From Owenia fusiformis (taxonomy: Eukaryota): a stretch of 64,000 nt of DNA. The position numbers were made by a program, and so were the translations under genes. Numbering within the stretch: position 1 is the first letter of the stretch; the number at the start of each line of letters is the position of its first letter. The notes under the pieces are model-generated. The model saw only the letters and a program-made list of their open reading frames with translations. It made no database searches and was not told the origin of the DNA. Location: assembly GCA_903813345.2 (NCBI GenBank), contig CAIIXF020000001.1:33046001-33110000 (forward strand), given 5' to 3'. Shown piece by piece: positions 24,322-38,359 of this stretch.

Positions 24322-25866
24322 CAGTACTGTCAACCCCCAAAGATTTTCTTGCGGGACAGATTTTTTAGACCCAGTGCCAAAAATTCGCGGGATTTCGCGG
24401 GACATGCACCTAAATTCGCGGGATTTCGCGGGACATTTAAGGGATTTGCGTGATTGCGCTAATAGGTCAAATTTTTTGATCAAATTCGCGGGACTTCGCG
24501 GGACCATTCGAGGGACAAACACGCTAATTGCGGGACAGTTAACAGGGTTACTACCAAAGACTTCATAGAGGGACAGATTTTTTTAGACAAAGTGCCCTAA
24601 ATTCGCGGGATTTTGCGGGACATACACCTAAATTTGCGGTCGCAAGACATTCTCGAAAGGGATTTGCTTGATTGGGGCTTAATGTAAAAGTTCTCAAATC
24701 AAACTTTCAGATACTGATTTATCAAATATAATGCACTTAACACTTAACTTAAGTAAACGTCAACACAATTCCACACAATACGCATAGAATTATAATTAAA
24801 CTACAGGGTGGTCAAAATATGGAAACCCTAATACCATTTTCCTCATATCTTTGTCATTTTAAAAAATAACTCCCTGATATTTTACACTTTTGTACATCAT
24901 TCAATTTGCCTCCAGCCTATTTTATTTCACGACCATCAGATTGATAGTCACAATGTTACAGTACTCTAAAGAACATGCCCAGTGGCCATTATGGGTTGTG
25001 AGGAAACTTGACTCATCGTCTAAAATGTCCCTACCTGTGGGGATATGGCAGAGATAGAGTATATGAGAATGACCTCAGGACAATTGCAAACCTCAAAAGT
25101 GAGATCATTTGTGTCATTCAGGCCATACCTGCTGAGGAATGCATTGGGCTCATTGACAACTGTGCTGTTTTGCCTACAGCTCGATAATGGCCAAATCTGA
25201 AGCATGTTGTTCTAAGTGCTGTAAAATTGTGTCTATCAGTCCGATGGTCATGAAATAGGGTCGCAGAAAAGTAATGATGTACAAATGTGTGAAATATCAG
25301 GGATTAATTTCTTAAAGTGACTAAGATATAAGGAAAATTCGGGGTTTCCATTTTTTGACCACCCTGTATCAAAAAACCACGCTTTAGTTGTGAGTACCGT
25401 AATCCAACACGAAATTCGAAAATTCGGAACAATACTTTGCACTTATGGTGTTCGTGACCAACTATGAAACATTTACCCCCCCCCATAGTATTACATTATT
25501 AAAATGTACCTATTCATACTGGGGTTCGATAAATCTACATCAAATTATAGGGAGTCAGGTTTCTTTTCGAGATATCAGTGTTCATTATTGGAACTCGCGT
25601 TTGCTAGCATTTGCTCAGTTCTTAGATGAAGGCCGTGACACGCGTAGTAAAAAGGCCAACGTTGGAACCATACGTGACATACATCCCTATTTTCGTAATT
25701 AAAATGAAAATTGCACTCTTCCTCTTTATTTTGATACCAAATAACGGCATACTAGGTACTTGAGAAGCCAAGTATATGGTGTTATTTGGCGGGACATGCG
25801 AATTAGCCAAATTTTGATCAAATTCGCGGGATAATCCCGCCATTCGCGGGACACTTGACAGCTCTG
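24322..25866 (+). mobile_element. Copy 2 of the same element, head-to-tail with copy 1
   Basis: Same termini and internal sequence; separated from copy 1 by a single T. Confidence 0.65.
24804..25366 (+). mobile_element. Tc1/mariner deletion derivative
   Basis: TA-CAGGGTGGTCAAAA ... TTTTGACCACCCTG-TA; decayed transposase C-terminus at about 25090-25215. Confidence 0.78.
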
Positions 25867-28384
25867 TACTCTTCACATTGACATGGATTTTAACAATGCA
25901 GGACACCTGACATTATATTTGTAAAGCTAGGAAATGGGTTAAAAATGAATTTCGCTAGACAAAAATGGCGGCCATCTTGAAAATAGGTGAGCATTTGAAC
26001 CAGGAGTCATAGGGGAGTTTTCTGTATTGATGTTGAACAGAAATAACTTAAAACGGGAATCCTATCCGGACAGATGGACAGACGGACAGACAGACGGACA
26101 AGTGAGTGATTGCAAAAGCTCACCATGTGAGCTAAAAACTGAGGACTTCAACAAATTCTTCAAATTCGTCATAGAGTGTGGTACGGCTATGTGTAGTAGA
26201 CACATTCTTACATTTTCAATCAAGACCATGGCACACTGCAATATAATTATTTTCATTATCCAGAACGTCTGATTTATAAAGTCTGCAAAATTATTTTGTC
26301 AAAAGTATATATGGAACAGTAGCCTGCACCAAGTATTGCAAGGCAATATGCACTTTAGTGCTTAAAAAGTACCGTAAAAAAGCCAAGTACATGTTCCAAC
26401 AAAACAAAAAAAAACAGTACTTTTAAAATGCCTATTTTCGCCACTATATTGCATGTGCTGTAAATTGCTTTAATTTGACTGCCATTGCTTTTAATTGGCG
26501 GAGACTTAATTTGATGGTTTTTGTCAATCCGCAAAATTTTTGAAAATGAATTTCCTGGGAACTTTTGTCTAGTGCCTTGTCCAGGGCCTTTTCCATGTGT
26601 TACCTTGCGCAATAAAATGTTGGTGAAAATCTTCATCGAAACATATGGATAAAATGTCAATTTTTCCCCAAATTTTTGAAAATGAAATTCCTTGGAATTT
26701 TTGTCAAGTGCCTTGTCCAGTGCCTTTTCCATGTGTTACCTTGCACAATAAAACATTGGTGAAAATCTTCATCGAAACATGGATAAAATGTCAATTTTAA
26801 ATGATTTTGGAAGATCTAGAGTCCCAGCTGGTTCAAGAGCTTATTTAATACCTGGGGCTTAAGTTGTGTACCAAACGAAACGACACGACATCCGGGGCTT
26901 TGTATGATCTGCAATACAAAATGGTGTATAGAGGGGTCAGTTTTCTCAGACCTAAGGTACCTCTTTATGTACCGTTTTGCGGTTATTTTACCCTATGGCA
27001 TTGCAATCCGTTCACATCATTAGCTACATAATTGATTAACTCAAATATATGATATGTAAATAAGGGTAAATACGAACAGAATAAACAGGGAAATGTACTT
27101 GAAGTGGCGATTGTGTTTTCTGTCAGTCAGTGTTACCCCCGTTACCCAGCTCTATAGTGCGGTCATGGGGATAGGGCTATATTTTGAGTTGGTACTCACA
27201 CTCAGGGATGCCTGATTGCGTGGCCGAAGGCCGTGCACCGTGAGGGTCCGGGGCTATGTTCCCCCGGGAATTTTTTTTCAAGGACGTTATTTGATGGAAT
27301 CTAAGCGTTTTTATCAACTTCACATGTTGACAATGGTAAAAATACAGATTCGGTAGGAAGCATCAATAAATTCACAAATAAATTAATGCATTTTAACAAA
27401 TTTTTAATTTTTTTCAAATTCATTTGGTACGCCTGTGCGTATTTTGCGTAATAGGCGCTACGCCCATGGCGGTATAAGGTGACCTGATTATGCAAATGAG
27501 AAGACCCCGTTGGTTTCTCGTCAGAACAATCAAAACGGATGCCGACAATCTTCGTTTTAACTGTTGTTTCTCAACGTTTCGTGACCAAAATTCACTAAAG
27601 TATAGGAAATATGTTAAGTTATCGGATGGATTGATTTTACTTTCCAATCACCAACATGAGCTGACATATTCAGCTCTGGATTTCATGTCCAAAGGGGGGG
27701 TAACACACATCGTCAGAATCAAATTCAAGTTATCGCACCCCATTTTAATTGGTTGATAGAACAGTATACGGTGAAAGGCAAAACGCCGAATACATTGAAA
27801 TTGCGAACAAGGAACATTCCGGGCATTACGTTCCCCCCGTGATTGGCTGGTTTAGATAAAACAACTGATTATCTGATACCAGGAGAGATAGAATTGCGTT
27901 ATCGGTTCCGAGCTGTGAATTGAGTAGTGTAATACGATTTATGTTAGACAATCAGCCAAATTAATTAGCTCCAAATTAAAGCAATTTATGGTATATTCAC
28001 CAGGAAGGTCAAGCTCACCAAAACATGTTTTCCATTTCTATACACCTGAGAGCAGCATTTAAAATATGCCGTCAATATGAAATTGGCATAGTTCTAAACT
28101 GTTTTTACAATATTTGACTGATTTGAAGTATTCATGAAAAATCAGACCCAGTGTAGTGTGGTGGTTAGGTGGAAATCCAGCTAGATGGGGATGGCAAATT
28201 AGACAAACCACAGAAGTACTGAACATCATTAACAATAATATTGAAGATCATATTGTTTTAATAAAAATGTACTTTAAACACTGATCCATTATTTGTTCCA
28301 CCCTTTAAAGTACATTCAAGAGATTCATAAAATGTTATTGGATAACATCAAATGTTACAGTAAAAGGTTAATTAACTTGACTTA

Positions 28385-28577
28385 CAGGCCCGTAGCCAGG
28401 GGGAGGGGGGGGGGGTTCGATGGGTTCAACCCCCCCTGGCCAAATTAATCTTTCAAAATCATGCAGTTTTTCACCATTCTGAGCACTTTTTAAGTGATTT
28501 TGGCTATTTTTGGAACAAAATTGTCACAAGTAAATCCCCCCCTGGAATTTTTTTGGCAAATCCTGGCTACGGGCCTG
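28385..28577. mobile_element. Short MITE with CAG..CTG termini and 5-bp TSD
   Basis: TIR CAGGCCCGTAGCCAGG; ACTTA on both sides. Confidence 0.75.
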
Positions 28578-29911
28578 ACTTACCCATGATAATAATAAAT
28601 AAGTGATGGCTAACGACAGCAGCTGTAAAGCCACAATATAATACAATAATATACAGCCAGACTACATTGGAATGAGTTCTGATTATGTTACAGTTGGAAA
28701 ACAATAAATATAAATAAACAAAAATATTTAGCAAAAATACATGTAAGTGAGATTCACAAAAGTATAATACTGTCTTAGTACTATTGACCCTACAAAAAAC
28801 TGTAAACTGTAAGTTTAATTAGTACCTACTTGTTTCTATGTTTGAATAACAAATTGATTTAGATTAACAATATTTCGATTAAAAATCTTTCTTTAGCATA
28901 ACTTGCTTTCTGCAAAAATCATGTCAGCATGTAGGTATAACATAACATAAACATCCATGTTGTGAATCATACTATATCTATTACTGTACTAGATAAATTG
29001 CCCATTTTGTGAGCTCACATGATGTAAAGGAAACCTTCAGAATATAGCAATAATCTCATATCAAAGCACAAAATTGTTCACCCTGAGGGCAAAGATTTCA
29101 CTATGTTGCCAACTAAAAAGAGATTATTACTATTATTAAAGGCTAACATCTCCCTAAAACATAATGATATTTGGATATACATGTATATTATTTTTACACT
29201 TTCATACACCTTCCTGCTCACTAGGCTGGCATCATTCCACTAGTGGTTTTACATTTCAAAAAGAGAAATTTACACATCTTATAAACCTTATATGCTTATT
29301 GTATCATGTGATATGAAATCTTTGAAATATTATTTTCAATTAAGCTGTTCCAATTTCTTAAAGAGAGAATCAGATATAGCGAGCAGGCTAAAAAAAGTGC
29401 ATACATGTACTTTATTGCAGGAAAACTAAAGATTTTTACAATAATTATTATTTTTCTATAAGAATGGTTACTATTCTTATTATTTGGGAGAATTTAAACA
29501 TTTTCACTCATTTTTGCACTTTGAATCATTAATGACTTAATAACCAATTCATAACATATTGTGAATCTTTTGGGAGATATTGTATTTGATATTGTAAGGA
29601 ATAGATTGGTAGGTCAATTATACATGTTGCTTGTAATTTTGTCACCCCTATAGATCAGATTCTGCCTTTAATCTAATTCTCAGATTCTGAAGATGTTTAG
29701 CCATTTCTTTCTTTATACTTTTTTACTTGATTTAGCTAAAATCAAAGACTGCCTTTGATCAAATATTGTCTGCCATTGCCATTTTGAGCTTATTCTTTCA
29801 ACACTGAAACTTGCCCAACTACAAAGGCACCATTATTCTGAAAATGAACAAAAATTCTCAATTGCCAAATAAATTACAAATACAATGTTCAAAAGTAAAT
29901 GTAGTGAAGAA

Positions 29912-31110
29912 CTAGATGTTTGCTTTCAAACAAGCTTTAAAGTAACTACTATCATCAAAATACTTCCTTATATGCTCTTTTAAAACAAACATGAAAAATT
30001 CATTAGCAGGACAGAGGCCTTCTTCTAACTTCCCTTGACAAAATAAAACCTTAGATGTTATATCTTTGCCATTAAATATTGCACGTATATAGAATTTAGA
30101 GCCATTTTTTGATTGGATTAGTTCAAGGACAAATCTTGTGGCATATTTAGGCCACTCACCATTGTTGACCCCAAGAGCAACAGAGAGTGCTGTCACTGTT
30201 AGGTCATGCCCCGAGTAAAGCACAAACTTTGGCACATTCAGACTTCTTGTCTGATTAAACATACGTAGAGCAATTTCAAATATCAAGGGATGAATTGCTA
30301 ACCTTTGAAACTTCTGATAAGCTTCATTATAAATGTTCTCATGTCCTAACCTATCCTTAACTTTAATTACTCTACTTGTCATATTAATATATTCCTTCAT
30401 ACATCCTGGTGTAAAGCAAGGAGGTACGATACCATGACATATGTGAGCTGTAGAGATATCAAAAAGACCATTTAACCATTGTTGTCCATTTTTTACCATT
30501 TTTAATAAATCTCTTTTAACGCTTAACCATAACTTATCATTTTTGGAGATAGTAGATCTAGCCTTTTCTGCCATGGAATGGTATTGGGAGGCTGCAGCAC
30601 ATGCACAATTGAACCCTGTATGATATGTTGAGCAGAAATAAATCCCAGCTTGAGGTTTAATTGGAAGAGCTTCTAATTTAAAATTAGGAATAAATCCAAA
30701 CAGAAATGCAACTGCACTTTGGTAGGTTCTAGAATACACAGTGCTGCGGACATGTACTTCAGACTTCTGTCTCAATCCATCATCCTCAAGTAACTTCCAG
30801 CGCTTGATATAAACATTTCTTAAAAAATCTCCATTGTTTAGATGCTGCATTGCACCTTGCCCTGTAAGCTGTGAAAGAGAACACACAGCAGAATTGGGGA
30901 AGGGAGATAATATGGCAGAAAATGGATTGTTCTTCCATACTGCATATGATTTCATATATTCAAGATATCGCTGAAGTAATATACTCCTATTGACAATATC
31001 ATCGAAGTTGCAGCTAATGTTTAAGTTGTTTACTGGGATCATTGGTGTCCTATCACCGTGACGTATTAATACATGGACAGACACAACTTTATAGTCCGTT
31101 GGAACAACAC
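29912..31110 (-). CDS. PXYLP1: 2-phosphoxylose phosphatase 1-like (histidine acid phosphatase), large terminal exon
   Basis: Acceptor gttgcag, phase 1. Motifs VHVLIRHGDRTP, LTGQGAMQHLNNG, RSTVYSRTYQSA and LYSGHDLT (RHG...HD catalytic signature). Open frame to the stop at 29912. Confidence 0.9.
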
Positions 31111-32244
31111 CTGCAACATCATGTAGAAAATATAATGACACAATATAATAATAGATCCTTCAAGTCATACTATGAATTATGAGGGTGTAAAATGATTTAT
31201 TTTTACCATGAATGTTTTAATACAGTATTGATTAAACAACAAAAAACATGGAAACTCAAGATTCATTAGACATTACAGGGGCAAAGTCGGGATATAAAAC
31301 TAGAAAAAACAGCAACTCCACGAGTAGCAAATCTCACCGAACAAAACATCTTTTGATAATATTAGTGGCCATTTTCAAATTTTCTCCTTCAACAGAGCAT
31401 ACCAGCAAATAGAAAATTGAACCAAATCTATCTACTGGTATTTGCGTTATCAGAGATAAATTTTTACTGAAAAATGGTCATTGATTTTCAAATTCAGAAG
31501 CATGTAATTTGAACCAAGTCTGTAAATGGAGCAACTGTGTCCTAATGCACCAGAATATAAAATTAGAACCAAATCCGTTCACTGGTAGCCAACTATTCTT
31601 GTATATAAGTTATCAAAGATTATATTTTTTTTAAAATGGCAGCCATTTTGATTTGAGCAGCCATATTGAAAATTCCTTCTCGAGCAGAGGTCCTACACCC
31701 ATAAGACATAAACCTTTACAATTTGAATTGAATCCGTCGATCAGTATTTTAGTTATCACCCGGACAAATGGACGGACATCTTGTTTATGTGCTGTTTATG
31801 TCATCTTCATTCAGTCCAGCTTGAAAATTTATTTGTAGTCTTTTTCTTTTACTCTTTGTCATCTTAGTTTCTTCTATGTTTCTGTTGTTGTTTTTTTCTT
31901 GTTGTCTTTACACTCTACTATACCTTGCATTGGGTGTTCATGAGCAACCCTTTTGGCTTATTAGTAATGATTATGTTAATTGTTTTTATTAGTCTGTTCC
32001 TTATTAATGGTTTATCCCACTCTCTCACTTTTAATTGCATCTATTACATGGCGTTACCAGAATGTCAGGAACGGGGGATTTATTTTACATTGTGATTAAT
32101 ATAATATTATTATAATATAAATATATATTACGGAACAGTTTATCTTATCTTCTTCAATCTCTTTTATATAGGAAAAATAAAATGAAACATTTTGAAACAG
32201 ATTAAATAAGTTAACACATAGAACTTTAACAGACTTGCCAACCT

Positions 32245-35150
32245 AAAATGAAAAAACAGGAGTTTTTACGGTAGATTTTGAAAAAACAGGAGTTTTTACT
32301 TTAGATTTTGAAAAAACGGGAGTTTTTACGGTAGATTTCAGAAAAAACAGGAGTTCTTGCGGTAGGTTTCTGAAAAAACGGGTGTTTTTACGGTAGATTT
32401 TGAAAAAACATGAGTTTTTATGGTAGATTTCTGAAAAAACAGATTTCAAACTGTCTATATTATTAATATGATCTGTTTAAATTATAGATACAACATTTTA
32501 TTTCACAGCAGTCCCTACCCATAATGCGCCTTATATTGCGGGGAATATTTTCTTTAGCGCCATATAAAAACAAAATGTATTCTCCCGACAGAAGTATGAC
32601 AGAATATGAACTGGCCCCCGTTTGTGGACATTTGGTGTGCAAACTTATACCGAACTGATCGCAGAAAAGCAATTTGAATCATGGGAATGAAGTACTTTTA
32701 AGTTATTTATGAAAGTATCGATAGTGAACCATGGGAGCCAATCCTTCTTAGAGTAAAAGAAAGAAGCGTGCCTGCAATAAGCAAGGTCACAAATTTGTCA
32801 AATTCCTTTTAAATACGGTAGATTTTGACAGCAAATTACGAGAGTTATACCAAGAATATGGGAGATTTTACGCCTATACCAGAAAACGGGAGATTTTACG
32901 GGAGTTATACCAAGAATATGGGAGATTTTACGGGAGTTATACCAGAATACGGGAGATTTTGAAAAAATGGGAGTTTTTAAGGGAGATTTTTAAAAAAAGA
33001 TATTTTTCACATTAAATTTTAGAAAACGTGACTTTTTTGACAGAAGATTTCAGAAAAAATGGGAGATTTGCGGTAGGTTCTGAAAAAACAGGAGTTGTTA
33101 CAGTAGGTTTTGAAAAACGGGAGTTTTTACGGTAGATTTCTGAAAAAACAGGAGTTTTTACGGTAGATTTCTGAAAAAAACGGGAGTTTTTACAGTAAAT
33201 TTTTTTTAAAAACTGAAGTTTTTACGGTAGATTTCTGAAAAAACTGGAGTTTTTAAGGTAGATTTCTGAAAAAACGGGAGATTTACGGTACATTTCTGAA
33301 AAAAACGGACGTTTTTATGGTAGATTTTGAAAAAACAGGAGTTTTTACGGTAGATTTTGAAAAAACAGGAGTTTTTACTTTAGATTTTGAAAAAGCGGGA
33401 GTTTTTACGGTAGATTTCAGAAAAAACAGGAGTTCTTACGGTAGGTTTCTGAAAAAACGGGTGTTTTTACGGTAGATTTTGAAAAAACATGAGTTTTTAT
33501 GGTAGATTTCTGAAAAAACAGATTTCAAACTGTCTATATTATTAATATGATCTGTTTAAATTATAGATACAACATTTTATTTCACAGCAGTCCCTACCCA
33601 TAATGCGCCTTATATTGCGGGGAATATTTTCTTTAGCGCCATATAAAAACAAAATGTATTCTCCCGACAGAAGTATGACAGAATATGAACTGGCCCCCGT
33701 TTGTGGACATTTGGTGTGCAAACTTATACCGAACTGATCGCAGAAAAGCAATTTGAATCATGGGAATGAAGTACTTTTAAGTTATTTATGAAAGTATCGA
33801 TAGTGAACCATGGGAGCCAATCCTTCTTAGAGTAAAAGAAAGAAGCGTGCCTGCAATAAGCAAGGTCACAAATTTGTCAAATTCCTTTTAAATACGGTAG
33901 ATTTCGACAGCAAATTACGAGAGTTATACCAAGAATATGGGAGATTTTACGCCTATACCAGAAAACGGGAGATTTTACGGGAGTTATACCAAGAATATGG
34001 GAGATTTTACGGGAGTTATACCAGAATACGGGAGATTTTGAAAAAACGGGAGTTTTTAAGGGAGATTTTTAAAAAAAGATATTTTTCACATTAAATTTTA
34101 GAAAACGTGACTTTTTTGACAGAAGATTTCAGAAAAAATGGGAGATTTGCGGTAGGTTCTGAAAAAACAGGAGTTTTTACAGTAGGTTTTGAAAAACGGG
34201 AGTTTTTACGGTAGATTTCTGAAAAAACAGGAGTTTTTACGGTAGATTTCTGAAAAAACTGGAGTTTTTACAGTAAATTTTTTTTAAAAACTGAAGTTTT
34301 TACGGTAGATTTCTGAAAAAACTGGAGTTTTTAAGGTAGATTTCTGAAAAAACGGGAGATTTACGGTACATTTCTGAAAAAAACGGACGTTTTTATGGTA
34401 GATTTTGAAAAAACAGGAGTTTTTACGGTAGATTTTGAAAAAACAGGAGTTTTTACTTAAGATTTTGAAAAAACGGGAGTTTTTACGGTAGATTTCAGAA
34501 AAAACAGGAGTTCTTACGGTAGGTTTCTGAAAAAAACGGGTGTTTTTACGGTAGATTTTGAAAAAACATGAGTTTTTATGGTAGATTTCTGAAAAAACAG
34601 ATTTCAAACTGTCTATATTAATAATATGATCTGTTTAAATTATAGATACAACATTTTATTTCACAGCAGTCCCTACCCATAATGCGCCTTATATTGCGGG
34701 GAATATTTTCTTTAGCGCCATATAAAAACAAAATGTATTCTCCCGACAGAAGTATGACAGAATATGAACTGGCCCCCGTTTGTGGACATTTGGTGTGCAA
34801 ACTTATACCGAACTGATCGCAGAAAAGCAATTTGAATCATGGGAATGAAGTACTTTTAAGTTATTTATGAAAGTATCGATAGTGAACCATGGGAGCCAAT
34901 CCTTCTTAGAGTAAAAGAAAGAAGCGTGCCTGCAATAAGCAAGGTCACAAATTTGTCAAATTCCTTTTAAATACGGTAGATTTTGACAGCAAATTACGAG
35001 AGTTATACCAAGAATATGGGAGATTTTACGCCTATACCAGAAAACGGGAGATTTTACGGGAGTTATACCAAGAATATGGGAGATTTTACGGGAGTTATAC
35101 CAGAATACGGGAGATTTTACGGGAGATTTCAGCAAAAATACGGGAGATTT
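32245..35150. repeat. 1079-bp higher-order tandem repeat (~2.7 copies) containing a ~30-bp minisatellite
   Basis: GATTTCAAACTGTCTATAT at 32442, 33521 and 34600; subunit TTTGAAAAAACAGGAGTTTTTACGGTAGAT. Confidence 0.92.
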
Positions 35151-35160
35151 ACCATAAAAA

Positions 35161-36462
35161 AACCAGAACAACGGCAACGCCAAAGCGTAGCGAATCCCAT
35201 CGAACAGAAATGGCTGGCATTTTTACAAACGAATAGCAAATATCATAAAACAACACACCAGAAAGGCCACCATTTTCAAAATGGTTGCTCACTAGCCATG
35301 TTGTCATCAGAAGAAATAATATGCTTTTAAGTAGCCACCTCTAAAATTTTTGAAAAATCGCACACGTACTTGTAAAATAACACACATAAAAATGGTGGCC
35401 ATTTTTCAAAATGGCCGACTACTCCCCAAAGTTTTATTAGACAATGTGCCATGCTTAAAGTATTCACATATCAAATATGAACAAAATCGCTCTACTACTT
35501 TTCGAGTCATAGTATAAAATGGCGGCCATTTTTCAAAATGGCCACCTTCTACCAAAAGTGTCATTAGAAATAGACAGTGTGCCATGCTTATAGTATTCAC
35601 ATACCAAATATGAACAAAATCGCTCTACTACTTTTCGAGTTTTAGTAAAATACGTTAAAATGGCGGCCATTTTTCAAAAAAATTTTCAAAATGGCCGCCT
35701 CCTACCAAAAGTGTCATAGGACAGTGTGCCATGCTTATAGTATTCACATACCAAATATGAACAAAATCACTCCACTACTTTTCGAGTTATAGTAAAATAC
35801 GTTAAAATGGCGGCCATTTTTGCCTTGTACCCAAAGTGTCATAGGACAGTGTGCCATGCTTATAGTATTCACATACCAAATATGAACAAAATCGCTCCAC
35901 TACTTTTCGAGTTATAGTAAAATACGTCAAAATGGCGGCCATTTTTCAAAATGGCCGCCTTCTACCAAAAGTGTCTTTAGACAGTGTGCAACGCTTATAG
36001 TATTCACATACCAAATATGAACAAAATCGCTCCACTATTTTTTGAGTTACAGCAAAAATCGTAAAATGACGAGTAAAGGCCGCCATTTTTCAAGATGGCT
36101 GCCATGTGCTTCTTTAATATCTACATTTGTAGCACTATTAATGTCCTTTATAATTTTTTTACATTTAAAACATATTGCTATTACAGTTTTACATATTGCA
36201 CCTAAATTACTGTAAAATCGGCACTAAAATGGCCGCCATTTTGAAATGAGCGGCCATTTTGAAAATCGGCTTTCGAGCAGAACTTCTACCTCCATAGGGT
36301 ATATGTGTACAAAATATGAACAAAATCGGGCCAACGGTATTTGAGTTATTGCCCGGACGGACAGACGGACGGACGTACGTACGTACGTACGGACGGACGG
36401 ACGGACGGACGGACGGAGGGAGGCGTTCCCTATATCCCTCCGAACTTCGTTCGATGGGATAA
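35161..36462 (-). mobile_element. HINE-like element, same family as 12202-13295
   Basis: Same termini in reverse orientation, five ~135-bp internal units, (GGAC)n. Interrupts a TACGGGAGATTT repeat tract. Confidence 0.78.
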
Positions 36463-37733
36463 TTACGGGAGATTTTAGTAGAAATTCGGTACGGGAGTTT
36501 TTGCGGGAGAAAATGGTACGGGAGTTTGGTATTTTTTACGGAAAAACAAAAAATTTACGGGAGATTCCCGTAAAAAAATGGGACAACTGGGTTGACCCCA
36601 ATAATTAGAGCTATTTTGAGATTTAAAAATCTTTAAAATTGAACCCTTCAATGACTGTATCATGTCCCACGTAGGTGGGTAGGTGGGTATGGGGTAGGAG
36701 GTTTTTTATACAAAGCCAAATTTATAGCCAGTTACTAATATCAGACGTTAACGACATTTTGTTCAGTTTTCGAATATCGCTATTTTTTTGGAGCCGTTTG
36801 TTTTAATTTTAGACGTTCTCCTAACGAAATCATGCAATATCTCATCAAGGAGCCCAGTGTCCATTCATTTTTAGCAATTGTCTTTTTGATATATGCTGAT
36901 AGTGTTTCTTTCTTATATCCTTGAGATATTAATTTTTTCCCAAGGACTTTATTCTTTTGGAAGCAATTTTTTCATCACTGCAGACTCTTGATATTCTTAT
37001 TATCCGTGACACATAGACTCCATATGATTGTTTTCTTGGAAGGTCTGGATAGGAAACTATATTGAAATTAAAACAGATGGATGGACGAACTGACGGACAT
37101 CTTTCCCTTATCCCCCTTGAACTTCATTCGATGGGATAATTAGACGAGACAAAAAATAATAGGTGAGGTAAGATTGTGCATTTTTTCAATATTAACAGTT
37201 ATATGAGGTTTGATCAATAAGTAATGGATCCTATTTACACAGATGCTTTTTATAGACCAATCTTTTTGGGCAGGGGCATTGTATGGAGTGGGGTTTCTCA
37301 CCAACCCTTCTTCTACAATGCTTTCTCAAATCAACCTACAAATAATCCCTGACCAGTGGCGAATCCAGAAAGGGGGGGGGGCACATTTCGAGTCAGGAAA
37401 AAAATTATGGGCCCCTAAAAACAAAAATTCTGAAAAATCAAAGCCCAATTTCTGATAAATTGACCCAAAAAGGCCAAATTATGCCCATAAAGGCCTATTT
37501 TTTGAGGTCCTACAAAATTTTGGGGCCCAAAAACTAAAATACATATTGTGTCTTCAAATCTTCAGAGTTGAAAGATAATTTTATGATGTATCACTGGTAA
37601 AAAACAGAGATTGCTCGATAAAAAGCATCCATGTAAAGAAGCGTCCATTACTTATTAATCCCCCCTCATAGAATGGTATACAGAAAAGCAAGTTTGCATC
37701 AAAGTTAGTGTTGATGCAAGATTGCTACCTAAC

Positions 37734-38051
37734 CTTCTTCCCCTGATACTTTATCATATGGGCTGTTACAGTATTCTTTCAGCCTCTGTATACCTTCATA
37801 TTGTGAATCATGTTTCCTCTCAAGCCAAAAATAAGCCTTATTTAAACCAGTCTTGATAAAATAAGAATTGTTTGTTAGATCACTTCTGGAGGGTATAACT
37901 TCAAAATTCGTTATTGTATTACTGACAGCAACGTTTTTTACTGACTGCTCAGTTTTACTTTGGTAATGACTCCTGCCCAGGGAATGTGCCTTGTAAGGAA
38001 GTGTCTGATCAGATTTGTTTGCATGCTGATCATGGGACAAATACATGATAT
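37734..38051 (-). CDS. PXYLP1: PXYLP1-like, middle coding exon (stem region)
   Basis: Acceptor ttatttcag, donor G|gttagg, 318 bp, phase 1/1. Ends YCNSPYDKVSGEEG and joins in frame to VVPTDYKVVSVHVLIRHGD, matching the YCN...EG segment that precedes the RHG motif in PXYLP1. Confidence 0.82.
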
Positions 38052-38359
38052 CTGAAATAAAATAGCAACAATAAGATACATGTACACTGTAAAGAACGAG
38101 GTAAGGTATGGCAAGCATTTTCGAAGGGCTATATCTTTTGTTCTAAGAATACTTTAAACACAAATACAAATGGTTATGTTAGATCCATGTCTTATCTTCA
38201 ATAAATGACATTAGGATGATAATCAAGTTGACTAGATTATCTCTTAAGCTGTCCCTAATCCACCCATCCTCACCAATTTTCCCTAATTCTGACGCAATTT
38301 TCACCAAAAATGCAGGCCTTATTAATAATTTTTAGTGCAAAGTTGTATTGAACTTTTAG

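Noticed and set aside
31111..31141. ORF-track start MSLYFLHDVA as the phosphatase N-terminus
   Set aside because: This is intronic sequence upstream of the splice acceptor; the signal anchor is in the 39535-39598 exon.
32245..34600. CRISPR-like appearance of regular ~30-bp repeats
   Set aside because: Units are contiguous with no unique spacers, there are no cas genes, and the context is a eukaryotic intron.
32243..35330. Repeated 68-115-aa ORFs (MLFCDQFG, KSTVKTPVFS)
   Set aside because: They are translations of satellite units.
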